A stretch of 64,000 bases of DNA from Takakia lepidozioides (Eukaryota > Plantae > Bryophyta). The position numbers were made by a program, and so were the translations under genes. Of the stretch, positions 61,270-64,000 are shown piece by piece. The DNA lies in the NCBI GenBank assembly GCA_030704615.1, contig CM060734.1:10230001-10294000 (forward strand). Reading direction: 5' to 3'. The notes under the pieces were generated by a model. It did not search any database and was not told the origin of the DNA. It saw nothing but the letters and a program-made list of their open reading frames with translations. Numbering within the stretch: the stretch's first letter is position 1; each line of letters starts with the position of its first letter.

Positions 61270-62230
61270 CAGCCATAGCCAAGCTGATAATCCAGGTCAA
61301 GCAATTTAGATCCATTGCTTGCCCCAACACCTGACGACGTGATGCCTCAGAAAGATAAGGCGCCGCCGTGGTCCCAATGGAAAAACCCATAGCCCGCTCT
61401 CGCTCGTCGGCATTAGGCTCCACTAACTGCTGCAACTGAGCATCCCACAGGAGGCCAAGTCCACTATCCCGGAAAGCATGCGATCCTGGGAAGCTGAGCA
61501 GTGTAGTAGTGTTGCTCGTGGTTGACCCACCTTGTTGACCACTGCCAAAGGCGAACGGTCATCGTGTCTCACACGCTGAGACTGCCTCCCTGTGTCCAAG
61601 ATGCTATCAACTGTGAGGTGTGTTGGCCACTGCATCCCATCAAATGCACGCTTGAGCAGTGCGGGTGGCATTAAGTTAGTCCACCATAGCCGTAGTCAAT
61701 GAGCCCGTGACCCCACTGCAGCTGCATCCAGCAACAATGCTGAACCAAGCCACGACCGGACTTGATGCACCCTGGCCATCACCCTGGCCCGAGAATCGCC
61801 CATCAGTGGCACATTCTCCAAGATGTATGCTGGAGATACAGCTTGATGAAGCTGTAAGTGGCGTAAAACCCGCACCATCTCTCAAAACAGACCCGACCTC
61901 GAGTCTCACAATCCATTGCCATGCCCGGCTGATGAATGCCTTTGGCAGGGCCAACCTGCCACTACCAAATCAATGGAGCCAACCCGCTCCAAATCCCGTG
62001 CCCCCAGCAACGAAATGTCTGCTGGCAAGGCCTGCTGATATCCACAAACTGCAGACACTGGCAACAACTCAAGGGTACTGCTGCACCAACTGAGCAACAT
62101 GACGGAGTGAGACGCGTCGTGCGGTCTCATCCCTCTCCACATACAAGTAACGCCGTACTCATACACCTGCCTGTAGAACAGCAACCAACCCGGTGCTGAT
62201 CCCGCCAAACAAGTCGGCAAATGCCTTCAT
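61270..62230 (-). pseudogene. C5-cytosine DNA methyltransferase domain (DNMT3-like, non-permuted) within pol
   Basis: Motif I DLFGGI (62198-62215), II YVERD, III ADI, IV DLVVAGWPCQ (PC within 61942-61956), V RSGLF, VI YILENV (61810-61818), VIII H*LRLWWTN (61675-61701), IX ERERAMGF (~61382-61405), X RRQVLGQAM (61313-61339). Four TGA stops and 2-3 frameshifts. Confidence 0.9.
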
Positions 62231-62612
62231 CCGGACACTACCACACGATCGGTGTGGTGTCCAATGGTGACAACTGAGGTGGTCTTGGTGCAATCCCCGC
62301 ACTGTCTTCCTCTCCTGACGGTACAAAAGCCTCTACCTAGGCTTGTGGCACACGACAATCAGTAACCCGCTGCAAATCCTTGCTCGAGCCCCACAATGGA
62401 GTGTGAACAACCATGGCAAGCAACTCCGCCATACCATACATGTCATCCTGCTCTCCCAGAGGTGACACATCCTGCGAATGAGTGTTGTCATCCAACAACT
62501 CTCAAGTCACTGCAGCTGTGAATGCTGCCAGTGTTGGCATCTTGCCTCGCTGGACAACCGCAACTCCTCCTATGAACATCATAGGGAGCTGCATACGCCG
62601 GCCCTCCCCTGA

Positions 62613-62978
62613 CTACCATCCAGGCCTATAGGAAGCTGACTCCTCCCAAAAATCCAGGGTGAAGCCCATGGGGTACAACATTGCCCCACCAACAAGGACA
62701 TCGTACGAGACCGCGTCTGTCACAATGGCCTTGGCTCTCATCACTGAGCCATCTGTAGGATGATCCGGCTGTAATCTGATAGCCAACTCACGCCGTGTCA
62801 TGCCCCGAGCCTGCTCTGATCCTCCCAGAGATATCTGTATCTGGAAAGGGCACGGCTCCATATCCGCCTCCGTGAGGCCCAAGCCTGCAATAGCAGCTCT
62901 GCCCAGCATCAATGGCTGAGCTCCCGAGTCCAACAAGACTCGCAGTGGCCGGTACCTCTTGCTTGTCGGTCCACTCAA
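62613..62978 (-). CDS. Retropepsin aspartic protease
   Basis: VLLDSGAQ catalytic motif and downstream YDVLVGG. Confidence 0.85.
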   Translation of the reverse strand: MSGPTSKRYRPLRVLLDSGAQPLMLGRAAIAGLGLTEADMEPCPFQIQISLGGSEQARGMTRRELAIRLQPDHPTDGSVMRAKAIVTDAVSYDVLVGGAMLYPMGFTLDFWEESASYRPGW

Positions 62979-62993
62979 ACAGAAAATGTCATC

Positions 62994-64000
62994 CTAGTTG
63001 TCTAACATGACAACTTCAGGTGTCACCATGGCGCGCTCAATGGCTGGCCTAGCTGACAGCTCCATCAACCTGGCAGCTGCAGCTTGCCATGGCGCCGTCG
63101 TGGCAGTCTTGACCCTCACATCCGAGGATCCCTCCGGCACTACACCTCCCACTATCTCCGCAGAAGATGAAGTAACCTCCCCACTCTCACAGAGTGTAGC
63201 TGCCAGCCTGAACACCTCAGCTGGTCTTACCCCCGACGTCGCAATCATGGTAGTCGAGAACAATGGAGCCTGGCACACAGCTGTGGCCGCCCCCAGCAGC
63301 ACACTAGCTGCCGTAGCCTTGGCAACACTAGGTAGTGGTGCTGCCCGTGTAGCTCTCCCCAATGGCATAGTAACCTCCGCCTCGGTAACAGTAGGGCGAG
63401 AACTAGGTGCCATGGACGGCGTCGACACTGTCTCCGCCAATGTGAATGACTGAGGAAGCCTGGCCTGACGGCTTGCCTCCCCACGCTGTGGATCCAACTC
63501 CACCTCCACACCCCGTGGCTCAGGAACTCGTGCCGCTCCTCGAGTCACTGCCGCAGCTGACTCCACTTGCACTAGTGGTAGTGGTGCCCCGCTCATAGTG
63601 GTAGTGGTAGTGCTGCTTGACACTAGTGGTAGTGGTGCCCCACCCATAGTGGTAGTGGTAGTGGCACCCCTCACTAGTGGTAGTGCTACCCCGCACATGA
63701 ATCCCATGCCTCCCATGTCTCCTCCCTCAGGAGCAGGAGGTGGACCATCTGGCCTTAGAGCCGGTACCACCTGAGCTGTGGCCATGGCAGTGAGCCTCTG
63801 CTCTAGCTGCTGAAGCCGGTTGGCCATGCCTTGGTCACCACCCTGATCTCCGCGTCCTTGGCCATGTTGAGCTTGCCCTTGGCCTGCACCTCGTCCGTTC
63901 TGGGCTGCTCCACCTCGCCCCCGGCCACCATTGTTCCCTTGGAACTGGCCTGGGCGCAACTCAGGATGCAAACCATAGCACTGGGCTTCTCCATGCCCGT
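62994..64000 (-). CDS. gag: Gag C-terminal and linker region
   Basis: End of a zinc knuckle (GHGEAQC..LHP) at the window edge, an RG/GQ-rich segment, and the repeated peptide TTTTM(G/S)GAPLPLV. Confidence 0.6.
   Translation of the reverse strand, partial: GHGEAQCYGLHPELRPGQFQGNNGGRGRGGAAQNGRGAGQGQAQHGQGRGDQGGDQGMANRLQQLEQRLTAMATAQVVPALRPDGPPPAPEGGDMGGMGFMCGVALPLVRGATTTTTMGGAPLPLVSSSTTTTTMSGAPLPLVQVESAAAVTRGAARVPEPRGVEVELDPQRGEASRQARLPQSFTLAETVSTPSMAPSSRPTVTEAEVTMPLGRATRAAPLPSVAKATAASVLLGAATAVCQAPLFSTTMIATSGVRPAEVFRLAATLCESGEVTSSSAEIVGGVVPEGSSDVRVKTATTAPWQAAAARLMELSARPAIERAMVTPEVVMLDN

Larger units (their letters stand above)
57369..64000 (-). mobile_element. Ty3/Gypsy LTR retrotransposon with domain order gag-PR-C5 DNA methyltransferase-RT-RNase H-INT-PHD (5' end outside the window)
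   Basis: All domains are colinear on one strand upstream of the PPT and LTR; see component features. Confidence 0.92.

Noticed and set aside
61270-62230. Host DRM/CMT/MET1 gene or bacterial restriction-modification methylase contamination
   Set aside because: The motif order is not permuted (not DRM). There is no chromodomain insertion or BAH domain and no introns. The domain is colinear between protease and RT of one LTR element.

Overview
Repeat-dense nuclear DNA of a land plant, most likely a non-seed plant such as a moss. This is inferred from PLS-class PPR/DYW genes, GT-AG introns, a tRNA-iMet-primed chromovirus and a MULE-SWIM transposase. The only plausibly intact host gene is a spliced GT34-family glycosyltransferase (17611-20296, -). 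The rest is nested transposable elements and pseudogenes: two copies of an LTR family with a large unknown ORF, a very young full-length chromovirus (22320-29285), a ~50-bp-period palindrome array next to a Mutator transposase, LINE fragments, MITEs, SINEs, two PPR pseudogenes and a SUMO first exon. The standout is the minus-strand Ty3/Gypsy element at 57369-64000. Between its protease and RT it carries a degenerate C5-cytosine DNA methyltransferase domain of DNMT3-like type, with motifs I-VI and VIII-X readable in non-permuted order. Its integrase ends in a PHD finger, so the retrotransposon carries its own epigenetic writer and reader. The second highlight is an in-frame fusion of an OSB-type PDF motif to a PLS-PPR ORF. 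All calls were made by eye; no database searches were run.
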